56,329 nucleotides of DNA, from the IMG/VR virus record IMGVR_UViG_3300031718_000014, positions 1 to 56,329 of that record; one strand, written 5' to 3'. Shown here piece after piece: positions 27,469 through 34,947 of the stretch; within the stretch, counting starts at the first letter, position 1; each line of letters opens with the position of its first letter. A program made the translations under genes and the position numbers. The notes under the pieces are model-generated. The model worked only from the letters and a program-made list of their open reading frames with translations. It made no database searches and had not been told where the DNA came from. The stretch is from a virus. Its lineage: Duplodnaviria; Caudoviricetes.

Positions 27469-28071
27469 ATGGAAGCAATCAATCGCAGGACCTTCGGGAA
27501 GTGGTGGGGCGTAGCAATGGCATCGCTCACGCTGGGCGGTGAGATGTTTATGATCGGATGTGCATCGTTCGCGCAGATACTGGCTTGGGTGCAGACCGGG
27601 CTAGATGCCTTTCAGTCCGTGGTCGATCTGCTGGCAGGGAACGGCGTTATCACCATCGTCATCGGATCGGCTATAGACCTTATCATCAAGGCGATCAAAG
27701 CGGCTATCGCAGACATCGGGACGGCAGTGGATAATTACAATAACGCTCCCGCTGCTTCCAAGGCCACTCTGTTAGGGAAGATCACGGAAGCTCTGATCGC
27801 AGCTCAGAACGAGATCGGCCAGTTCTGGAATGACCTAGCGATACCAGACCCCAAAGTGGCGTCTACTACTGCGGGACTGCTTGGACTGATCGTGAGCCAA
27901 CTGTCTGCGTTCCAAGCCACTATGCCGGTGACCGCTGCGGTAAGGACGCAGATACAGTCCTTCCCTAAGAAGCTCAATGCTGCATCGAAGATGCGATCTA
28001 TCGGGGCATTCAAACAGGAGTTCAACACGATACTGGAGTCTAATGGCTATGCGCAGTACAAACACTTCTAA
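27469..28071 (+). CDS. Putative Tat-exported lipoprotein
   Basis: NRRTF twin-arginine motif, h-region, MIG-C lipobox-like site. Confidence 0.6.
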   Translation: MEAINRRTFGKWWGVAMASLTLGGEMFMIGCASFAQILAWVQTGLDAFQSVVDLLAGNGVITIVIGSAIDLIIKAIKAAIADIGTAVDNYNNAPAASKATLLGKITEALIAAQNEIGQFWNDLAIPDPKVASTTAGLLGLIVSQLSAFQATMPVTAAVRTQIQSFPKKLNAASKMRSIGAFKQEFNTILESNGYAQYKHF

Positions 28072-28531
28072 GCACGTCCTGTTCTTCTTATTACTACTGT
28101 TACTTTCTGGACTGAGCTTCCCGACGCACGCGCAGAATGTTCAGGAGGCTCAGGGGGCTCAGGGAATTCAGTTCCAGCTCAAGGTCACTGCGACCACTCC
28201 ACACAGTGTTACCCTATTCTGGGTAGCTTCTACCGATGCAGCACTTAACCCGACCTTGGGCTATCAGATCTATCGGTTGAACGGAGTGTGTCCGGCCATA
28301 CCACCGACAACGGTTGCAGCAGCTACAGGGTTCCAACTCATCAGTGGCGCAGTTGCTTTAACTGTGCTAACTTATACTGACCTAGGCTTCCCGACGACGC
28401 CACTACCACCAGGGAACTATTGTTACTTTGCCACTAGTATCTTAAACGGGGCGCAGTCTGTCCCGTCTAATCTTGCACCAGCGGTGGTACTTCCGGCACC
28501 GCCGGTCTTGGGTGTGCCAACCACCACTTAG
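28049..28531 (+). CDS. Fibronectin-III-like protein with signal peptide
   Basis: Leader ending THA-QN; SVTLFW...GYQIYR...YTD...YCYFATS...SVPSN. Confidence 0.7.
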   Translation: MRSTNTSKHVLFFLLLLLLSGLSFPTHAQNVQEAQGAQGIQFQLKVTATTPHSVTLFWVASTDAALNPTLGYQIYRLNGVCPAIPPTTVAAATGFQLISGAVALTVLTYTDLGFPTTPLPPGNYCYFATSILNGAQSVPSNLAPAVVLPAPPVLGVPTTT

Positions 28532-28582
28532 CTGGGTAGTGTGGTTTCTTACCGGTGAGTGCTATTGATCCTATTGATCCTG

Positions 28583-28786
28583 ATGATCCTGACCAATGCA
28601 CTGTCGGTCAACAACGACAGGATTGACATAGACTCAAGCGCCATCGAGGTGGTGTACGAGAACAGCAGTGTGGTAGGTGGATGCGTGGTCGTACTGAAGA
28701 GTGGGGAGACTTACTTGGTGAGGGAAGACTTTGAGACCATAAGGAGATTAAGAGATGACGCTGCCACTCAGTCCACTGGGACGTAG
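28583..28786 (+). CDS. Small FlbD-like protein
   Basis: IDIDSSAIEVV...VVLKSGETYLVREDFETI pattern; start uncertain. Confidence 0.5.
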   Translation: MILTNALSVNNDRIDIDSSAIEVVYENSSVVGGCVVVLKSGETYLVREDFETIRRLRDDAATQSTGT

Positions 28787-29525
28787 ATACGGGTACAGAC
28801 CTAATCCACCGGATCACAGGGATTACGGACTAAGCAGGATAGAGCTGGTCAGAACACTTCCTACGGCGTTCTCGCTGAAAGACTCTCTAGGTCCGGTCAA
28901 GGACCAGGGCGACGAAGGGAGCTGCACTGCTCATGCTGGGACAGAGAATCTGGAGTTCTTGTACCGCAAGTACAAACACTCGGAACCCATATTTAGTCCC
29001 GCCTTCCTCTATTATCAGGAGAGAGTAATAGACGGAGATCCGAACTACGACGGCGGTTCTACTGGCCGGTCGTCTTGTCAGGCCATGCACAACTACGGGG
29101 TCTGCCTGGAAAGCCAAGACCCCTATGTGGCAGGACAGTATGCGATCCCACCCACAGCAGAACAGGTCCAAGATGCTTTGCAATACAAGTCAGGAGCGTA
29201 CCACTTCCTGACTACGGTCGGGGACATCAAAGCGTGCATTGCTAGTGGATACTGTGTGATGGTTGGGTTCACTGTCTATCAGAGTTTCGAGAGCATTGGC
29301 AGCGATGGCTTGATGCCTACTCCAGACAAGAATGCCGAACAGGTGCTAGGTGGCCATGAAACCTTGATTTACGGATACGATGACGCTACCGGACTACTCA
29401 GCATTCTCAATTCGTGGGGTCCGTCGTGGGGCGATGCCGGATCGTTCAAGATGAAATACAGTGACGCCGCTGATTCTGATATTGTGATGGACTTGGTGAT
29501 TCAACACTTAGGGCTGCCATGGTAA
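28755..29525 (+). CDS. Papain-like (C1A) cysteine peptidase
   Basis: VKDQGDEGSCTAHA, GGHETL and NSWG catalytic motifs. Confidence 0.9.
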   Translation: MTLPLSPLGRRYGYRPNPPDHRDYGLSRIELVRTLPTAFSLKDSLGPVKDQGDEGSCTAHAGTENLEFLYRKYKHSEPIFSPAFLYYQERVIDGDPNYDGGSTGRSSCQAMHNYGVCLESQDPYVAGQYAIPPTAEQVQDALQYKSGAYHFLTTVGDIKACIASGYCVMVGFTVYQSFESIGSDGLMPTPDKNAEQVLGGHETLIYGYDDATGLLSILNSWGPSWGDAGSFKMKYSDAADSDIVMDLVIQHLGLPW

Positions 29526-29728
29526 TCATTCTCCCTGGCACCCCAATCGACCGCGCTCTATGGGGAGTGTGGGTCATCATGTTCGCAGTTCTTGAAGGTG
29601 TGGGAATCGCTCGCAAGTGGGGCTCAACCAGCTTGACCCGACTGACACTGGCAATAGTTCCGCGTTGGGCGCTTGCAATGGGACTTGGATGGACTGTTTA
29701 CCATTTTCTCATCCAGTACAGTCATTGA
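29519..29728 (+). CDS. Small membrane protein
   Basis: Two hydrophobic segments. Confidence 0.6.
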   Translation: MVIILPGTPIDRALWGVWVIMFAVLEGVGIARKWGSTSLTRLTLAIVPRWALAMGLGWTVYHFLIQYSH

Positions 29729-30240
29729 AAATTTAGATGGGCAAATTCACCAAACATACTCTTGGCAGCTTCATCATAGACTCTCGCTGCAATCTCCTTG
29801 CTTCGATAAAATCCAAGGGCCTTAGTTTTCCCGTGAATTCTGATAGACGCATACCATTTGTTTTTTACCTTGTCCCACGAAACTCCTTTGAAGCCACTGC
29901 GATTGTTGCTACGTATCTTCTGATTTCTATGATTCTGACTACCTACGGCACGTCTCAAATTGCTACGTCGATTGTCAAGGGTATCGTGGTTGCGATGGTC
30001 AGCTTGCTCCCACTTATTACAGTCAAGGATAAGGCGGTGCATGTATATTCCAGACGACCTTCGTTTAGCGTAAAAGCCGCCCATGGAATTTGGCAGAGCG
30101 GTCCAATTCCACTGGTTAAGCCATTCAAAATCGGCAGTGTCTACAAGGGCATTTTGTCTTTTGGTAAGTGGAATAATCTTGTAAGATGGGTCTCGCGGCT
30201 GGGTGACTGCGTGACGCTTCACGCGGTATTTTCTAGGCAT
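29722..30240 (-). CDS. HNH-AP2 homing endonuclease
   Basis: YMHRLI...DHRNHDTLDNRRSNLR plus AP2 domain SGFKGVSW...AARVYDEAA. Confidence 0.92.
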   Translation of the reverse strand: MPRKYRVKRHAVTQPRDPSYKIIPLTKRQNALVDTADFEWLNQWNWTALPNSMGGFYAKRRSSGIYMHRLILDCNKWEQADHRNHDTLDNRRSNLRRAVGSQNHRNQKIRSNNRSGFKGVSWDKVKNKWYASIRIHGKTKALGFYRSKEIAARVYDEAAKSMFGEFAHLNFQ

Positions 30241-30288
30241 CGGTCCTCCTTGAAAGGATCGCTGTTACCAGCCGCATTCTAACATACA

Positions 30289-30762
30289 ATGTCACTCGAT
30301 AACATCTCGCTTGCCAGACTAGCTGAAGTCCACCCGGTCTTGTCGGCTCGTGTTCAGAGTTTGGCATCGCAGCTGGATTTCCCTATCAGGGTCACGCAGG
30401 GCATTCGGACAGTTGCTCAACAGAACGCTCTGTGGCAGGAAGGCCGGGATAACGATGGGAATGTGATTGGTAGGACCGTGACGAATGCTAAGGGTACTGA
30501 GAGCAATCACGTCATGGGAGTAGCGGTAGACGTAGTGCCAATGGATCTGCCGGACGATCACCCGGACTGGGACGAAAACTCAGCGTCATGGCAGAGGATA
30601 GTAGCATTGGCTTCGTCATGCGGATTGAGGGATGGCAAGAGCTTCCATGACGAGCCTCATCTGGAACTGATGGAAGTACCGGAAGTTCCTACTGAGGAAA
30701 TTCAGAGTATCTATCTTCAGGCCGGAGCGATGGCAGTGTGGCAGGAGTTGAATATCGCTTAG
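30289..30762 (+). CDS. Endolysin, M15 family peptidase
   Basis: GIRTVAQQNALW..GR, SNHVMGVAVD, DEPHLE. Confidence 0.88.
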   Translation: MSLDNISLARLAEVHPVLSARVQSLASQLDFPIRVTQGIRTVAQQNALWQEGRDNDGNVIGRTVTNAKGTESNHVMGVAVDVVPMDLPDDHPDWDENSASWQRIVALASSCGLRDGKSFHDEPHLELMEVPEVPTEEIQSIYLQAGAMAVWQELNIA

Positions 30763-30777
30763 CGCTCGCTCACTTCG

Positions 30778-31143
30778 CTAACTCCTTTCCCGGCAGGCGG
30801 CGATGGCTGCTCGTAGCTTTGGGATGTCGCATCGCGGGCCGTGCCAGTCTTTTTCGCTAGACGAATGGCAACTGCAGCGCCGCTCAGAAGCATATGTAGC
30901 CGCAGCCAGCAACTCCCTTGCCTTCTCAAGCTCCCCGCGGCCTTGTACGACAACTTCGAGCACCTCCGCTTTGCCTACGAAGCCATCCCAGTCAAGAATC
31001 TTTTGCAGCGCTGGGAAGCTCTTAGGTTCAGCCATCTTTGACCTATCAAGAGAACATCCTTGAGCATGGTCGTATTCGTTTTCTTTGTGCCGTCCTGGCT
31101 TAACCGGCTGGCCACACTCTTTGCACAACTTAGGCTCAGCCAT
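30778..31143 (-). CDS. Hypothetical protein (two fused modules, each beginning MAEPK)
   Basis: AAAGGAG SD; internal MAEPK repeat. Confidence 0.65.
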   Translation of the reverse strand: MAEPKLCKECGQPVKPGRHKENEYDHAQGCSLDRSKMAEPKSFPALQKILDWDGFVGKAEVLEVVVQGRGELEKARELLAAATYASERRCSCHSSSEKDWHGPRCDIPKLRAAIAACRERS

Positions 31144-31342
31144 TCGCTAACTCCTTTCGGTATCCCCGCTTGAACTCCCCTATGCGCATAACTTTCTGGC
31201 ATCTACGACAAGTTGGTTTGAGGGCGCACTCAATTCGTGTGTTCACGGCAGTATCAAATTCATTGGCAACTTCCGTTCTATAAGCCAAGATTCCACAGGC
31301 TGTTTTATTGGAATACCCAAGATGCCAATGTGTGCGATTCAC
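31136..31342 (-). CDS. Hypothetical Cys/His protein
   Basis: AAAGGAG SD then GTG. Confidence 0.65.
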   Translation of the reverse strand: MNRTHWHLGYSNKTACGILAYRTEVANEFDTAVNTRIECALKPTCRRCQKVMRIGEFKRGYRKELANG

Positions 31343-31366
31343 GCTCTACTCCTTTTTACTCCAGAA

Positions 31367-31531
31367 TTATTGGGGTCCCTTGGGCTTGGGCGCGGCCCCG
31401 GCGATGCGTAACGCTACTCTCAGTGCCTCGGCCCACGTCTTATAGCAGCGCGAAAAGAAGCGCCATTCGTCGAAGGTTTCGACGCACCAATGATTGCCGC
31501 AACGTTCCAGTCTTGGCTTGGCCCAACTCAC
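31367..31531 (-). CDS. 54-aa hypothetical protein ending AAPKPKGPQ
   Basis: GTGA-coupled; not in the ORF track. Confidence 0.55.
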   Translation of the reverse strand: MSWAKPRLERCGNHWCVETFDEWRFFSRCYKTWAEALRVALRIAGAAPKPKGPQ

Positions 31532-31710
31532 TTATCCCCCTCGGGCTTGGGCGCGGCCCTCACATGTCTCACTATTGCAGCAATCTTGTTGCCCACTTTC
31601 TTCTCGACTTGCACCAATGGCGGGGCGCACTTGCTCTTGTGTTCGTGACAGCTACGGTCGAATTGAGCCATCAATAGTGCTGCTGCACCTATCCCAGCTA
31701 AGAGCCACAC
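31528..31710 (-). CDS. Hypothetical protein ending AAPKPEGDK
   Basis: Coupled ORF. Confidence 0.55.
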   Translation of the reverse strand: MWLLAGIGAAALLMAQFDRSCHEHKSKCAPPLVQVEKKVGNKIAAIVRHVRAAPKPEGDK

Positions 31711-31991
31711 TTTTCCCCTCCGTTTGCGTTGCCCTTATATTCTGCGCTCATCACTGCTGCCGTGGCCTGATAGACCTGTAACGCGGCGATGAAATCCATT
31801 ACAGCGCCATGGCCGTGAGAGTCTATTACTTCAAGATTATCAACCCACTTCACAGCATCTTTTTCCGCGATGCCACAAGCTGCGACAGCGCGAATCAGCT
31901 TCTCAAATGCCGACAGTAGAGCGCTGCCTTCTGTTTGTATCTCTGGGTGCTCCTTCATAACCTGCGACCACTTTTCATTCACTACGGTCAT
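31698..31991 (-). CDS. Hypothetical protein
   Basis: GGAGG SD before ATG 31991. Confidence 0.6.
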   Translation of the reverse strand: MTVVNEKWSQVMKEHPEIQTEGSALLSAFEKLIRAVAACGIAEKDAVKWVDNLEVIDSHGHGAVMDFIAALQVYQATAAVMSAEYKGNANGGEKCGS

Positions 31992-32637
31992 TCTTGCCTC
32001 CGTCTGCCTTACCCCCGCTAGGGGGTTCGTTGGCCAGTTTGCTGATTGCATCGTAGATTTGCTCTGGCTTGTAGCCTTGAATCGCCAGCGTTTGCGCTAC
32101 AGACGCGCATCGCAGATACGCTTCCCGCCTGATCTTGGCGTCGTGCTCTTTAGCTAGCGCTTTCTGGATCACCTTGTAGGCATCTAAGGCTTCCTGTGCG
32201 AACTTCTCGCGGTCGTCGGTGCAATACGCTTGCTTAGCGGCATCGTAACTCTCTTGCCACGCGGCTGTCTCAAGCTGCTCCTCCCGCTCTTTAGCCTTGG
32301 CAGCGATGTCGGCGGGGATGAGGGCCACAACTTGCTGCCTTAAATCGTAAAGGTATCGCTGCACGACGTTTCGAGAATATTCGATCATTTTGTCGTCTAC
32401 GTCAGCGCCATGTTTCTCGTTAACCATTGCCAATGCTGCTGCATCGTGAATGAGTTGCTTGACCGCTTCCAGTGCATCGGCGGTCGCTTGCGCTAGTTCT
32501 TGTTCGGTGTAGGTGCGAGGCGCTGGATCATCCCATGCAAGTGTGCTGATAGTCGCTCGGTCGTGGTGCCTCCCGATGTGGCCCGCAGGAAGAATGCACC
32601 GCAAATCCTGATAGGTAGATTTACATTGGCCGCTCAA
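31975..32637 (-). CDS. Hypothetical protein
   Basis: TTGA-coupled 220-aa ORF. Confidence 0.65.
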   Translation of the reverse strand: MSGQCKSTYQDLRCILPAGHIGRHHDRATISTLAWDDPAPRTYTEQELAQATADALEAVKQLIHDAAALAMVNEKHGADVDDKMIEYSRNVVQRYLYDLRQQVVALIPADIAAKAKEREEQLETAAWQESYDAAKQAYCTDDREKFAQEALDAYKVIQKALAKEHDAKIRREAYLRCASVAQTLAIQGYKPEQIYDAISKLANEPPSGGKADGGKNDRSE

Positions 32638-32906
32638 GCCTTGCCCCCTCTAGCGCGAATTTCGGCGGACCAATCGCGGAATATACTCTTGCCTGCTGGA
32701 ATGTCACCATCGCCATACAATTCGTGATAAGCCGCGCACCGCTCATACGCTTGCACTATCAGGTCGCAGATAGCTGGCTCGAATACGGCTGCGATGGTTT
32801 CTGTCATCTCTTGCTCATACTTAGGCCACGGGCTTCCTTTGCCCATAATGGATCGCGCAGCCTTCTCCGTCAGCCCCTTCACGGTGTCAGCCAAGTCTCG
32901 CGTCAT
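32634..32906 (-). CDS. Hypothetical protein
   Basis: ATGA-coupled. Confidence 0.65.
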   Translation of the reverse strand: MTRDLADTVKGLTEKAARSIMGKGSPWPKYEQEMTETIAAVFEPAICDLIVQAYERCAAYHELYGDGDIPAGKSIFRDWSAEIRARGGKA

Positions 32907-33091
32907 GGCTTGCCTCGCTCGCGCTTGGTGAGGGGACGCAGATCGCTTTCATCGCATTCTCTAAATATGCCATCTCTATAGAATCCAACCTTCGTCTCAA
33001 GGCCAGCTTGGTAGTAGGAATGTATGAGGACAAAAATCAACTTGCTGCCCCTGAAGCTAACCACCTGCCCTACTCGAAACTTCCTCTTCAT
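32903..33091 (-). CDS. Hypothetical protein (KFRVGQVV motif)
   Basis: GGAGG SD. Confidence 0.6.
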   Translation of the reverse strand: MKRKFRVGQVVSFRGSKLIFVLIHSYYQAGLETKVGFYRDGIFRECDESDLRPLTKRERGKP

Positions 33092-33216
33092 TTCGCCTCC
33101 AGTCGCCTCCAGATACCATCTCACCGGCACCGCGTTCTCGGCTAACTGTGCCGCCGTTACAACTGAGGCCCACGTTCAGGCGGACTTTCCATTCCTGTGT
33201 ATGTGAGCAGATGGCA

Positions 33217-33423
33217 TCACCTCGCTTTCGTCGCAGGTTGCGCTAAATACCATCGTACGAGTAAGGCAATCGAGTTCACCTTCAGCTTCATATACAAATG
33301 CCGCCTGTGCGCATCCACAGTCCACGGCGAGATGCCCAGCAGCCCCGCGATCTCCCGCGTAGTCTTGCCATCGCAGATCAGATGGACTACTTCTATTTCC
33401 CTGTCGGACAAGTTAGATGGCAT
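33217..33423 (-). CDS. LuxR/GerE-type HTH regulator
   Basis: LSDREIEVVHLICDGKTTREIAGLLGISPWTVDAHRRHLYMKL. Confidence 0.9.
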   Translation of the reverse strand: MPSNLSDREIEVVHLICDGKTTREIAGLLGISPWTVDAHRRHLYMKLKVNSIALLVRWYLAQPATKAR

Positions 33424-33701
33424 TCCCTCCACTCGTAGCCACCACTCATTGGCCTTCGGCCAATTTCGTGCTGCCTACTTCCTCCCTGCTCTCAAAATCC
33501 TCACGCACGGTGGCATCCAGCACCTTACGGAACCGCCAGAGTGCTTGCACTCCCACCAGACCCCACCTTGTCCAGATTAAGCCCCCAGTGATGGCGAAGG
33601 TAGTCAAGACCATGTACCCAATGTAACTCAAGAGGTCGAGCGTGGTTGATGTAGATTGCGGGTTAACCTGTGTGGCTCCCACTACCCCGCCCTCATGGGC
33701 C

Positions 33702-33917
33702 TCACTGGTCTGAGCCTGGATGTTGAGAGACACAGTGACCGTTAGGAGTAGTAAACATACTGCCCCCGCCACCAGTTTTTTCGTCAGAAACGAAGTCCCA
33801 ACCGGGCGGGCATTTGGCAACCATGATGTAATTAAAGTCGCCGGGGAATTGGTAGCCTTCATACGGTTCACCTTGTGCTCTCCACTTCGGCTCAGGTGCT
33901 TTGGTGTCATTGGGCAT
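33702..33917 (-). CDS. Hypothetical protein
   Basis: AAGGAGG SD. Confidence 0.55.
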   Translation of the reverse strand: MPNDTKAPEPKWRAQGEPYEGYQFPGDFNYIMVAKCPPGWDFVSDEKTGGGGSMFTTPNGHCVSQHPGSDQ

Positions 33918-34012
33918 CACCTCCTTTTTAGGTGGGATAGCTCCGGTCACCCAGAGGCCGTTCGTGCCTCACTAGATGCCCGCGTCGTCAGGCGACCGGA
34001 GCACAAAACTAT

Positions 34013-34318
34013 TTAGGCTTCCACCTCTATCCCGTCTTCCTGTTGCCTAGGTCTCACCCTGACTCCTATCGGCTTCCTTGTTGCCGGTCTGGACTTGGAC
34101 TGGGTGGATCCTTCCTGTCTCTTCCTGTGAGCGTGAGCCAATCGCAACTTCTGCTTGGTCTCCTCGCTCATGGGGCCACGGGGCTTCGATCTCCCTTGAC
34201 CCTTGGCACCCTTGCCGTGGACGAGACGGATCGCATTGTCAATAGTCTCGATGGCCTGCTCCAACTCCCGACGCTTTGCTGTTAGACCGGAATACAGACT
34301 TCCTCCTGCTCTGGGCAT
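34013..34318 (-). CDS. Basic protein with NUMOD3-like segment (MSEETKQKLRLAH)
   Basis: AAAGGAGGT SD. Confidence 0.65.
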   Translation of the reverse strand: MPRAGGSLYSGLTAKRRELEQAIETIDNAIRLVHGKGAKGQGRSKPRGPMSEETKQKLRLAHAHRKRQEGSTQSKSRPATRKPIGVRVRPRQQEDGIEVEA

Positions 34319-34754
34319 TGCTGTTACCTCCTTTCTCGATAGATTTTACTCCTGATCGTTTCTCCTGACCGCGAGTGCGACCTTTGGCTGTGTCGTACAC
34401 CCGAAGGTATGAAGAATGAGATACCACCGTAGCGGCTTCGATTGTAGTGGCCGGTACTCCAAGCTCCAACAACTTCTCAGCTGATATGGAGCGGCGGTCC
34501 TGATCCACCACAGTCGGTCTGAAGTCGTCCACCTGAACTGCCTTGAGCCCGGTCCCGGCCAGATCCTCAAATATCTGGTCGCTGAGACCTTTCTTCTTCT
34601 CTTCCAACTCGTCAATCTGATCGGAGATGGCTTGGCGCTCCAACACGGTCTTGGCGAACTTGGGAGTGAGTCCGACATCGCGGTAGCTGGGTATCTGGCC
34701 CATGCCTTCCATTGCCGTTGCCTCACGGAGTTGTTCGGCCTGTTTAGCTGTCAT
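34239..34754 (-). CDS. Hypothetical coiled-coil protein
   Basis: AAAGGAG SD, ATGA coupling. Confidence 0.7.
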   Translation of the reverse strand: MTAKQAEQLREATAMEGMGQIPSYRDVGLTPKFAKTVLERQAISDQIDELEEKKKGLSDQIFEDLAGTGLKAVQVDDFRPTVVDQDRRSISAEKLLELGVPATTIEAATVVSHSSYLRVYDTAKGRTRGQEKRSGVKSIEKGGNSNAQSRRKSVFRSNSKASGVGAGHRDY

Positions 34755-34909
34755 TTTCGGTGCTCCTTTCCAAGTTCAAGAACTAAAGCTCTTATCAGCA
34801 TGATCCGTAACTGACCGGCCAGGGTCCGTCCCTCTTCTTCGGCCAGCTTGCGACACTTCACCAGAATGTGATTGTCTATCTTGACAGACGTGGCTTGTTT
34901 CTTCTTCAT
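34751..34909 (-). CDS. Ribbon-helix-helix (Arc-like) regulator, 52 aa
   Basis: ATSVKIDNHILVKCRKLAEEEGRTLAGQLRIML; not in the ORF track. Confidence 0.75.
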   Translation of the reverse strand: MKKKQATSVKIDNHILVKCRKLAEEEGRTLAGQLRIMLIRALVLELGKEHRK

Positions 34910-34918
34910 GGCGTGGTC

Positions 34919-34946
34919 ACGATACCACTTTTAACAACTTTGTCAA
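34919..34946 (-). promoter_or_regulatory. Sigma70-like promoter TTGACA-16-(TGn)TATCGT
   Basis: Fills the gap between the polymerase and RHH genes. Confidence 0.6.
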
Positions 34947-34947
34947 G

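Noticed and set aside
28562-28588. 9-nt tandem repeat CTATTGATC x2 plus CTGATGATC as a phase-variation tract
   Set aside because: Only 2-3 units, in-frame length; likely a local duplication
29722-30288. Gene-end duplication around the HNH-AP2 gene (also checked for HNH 37457-37945)
   Set aside because: No duplicated peptide of either neighbour found; these look like ordinary intergenic insertions
33446-33910. 154-aa membrane ORF
   Set aside because: It overlaps the better-supported 33702-33917 ORF and its start is unclear; only the 3' part may be real
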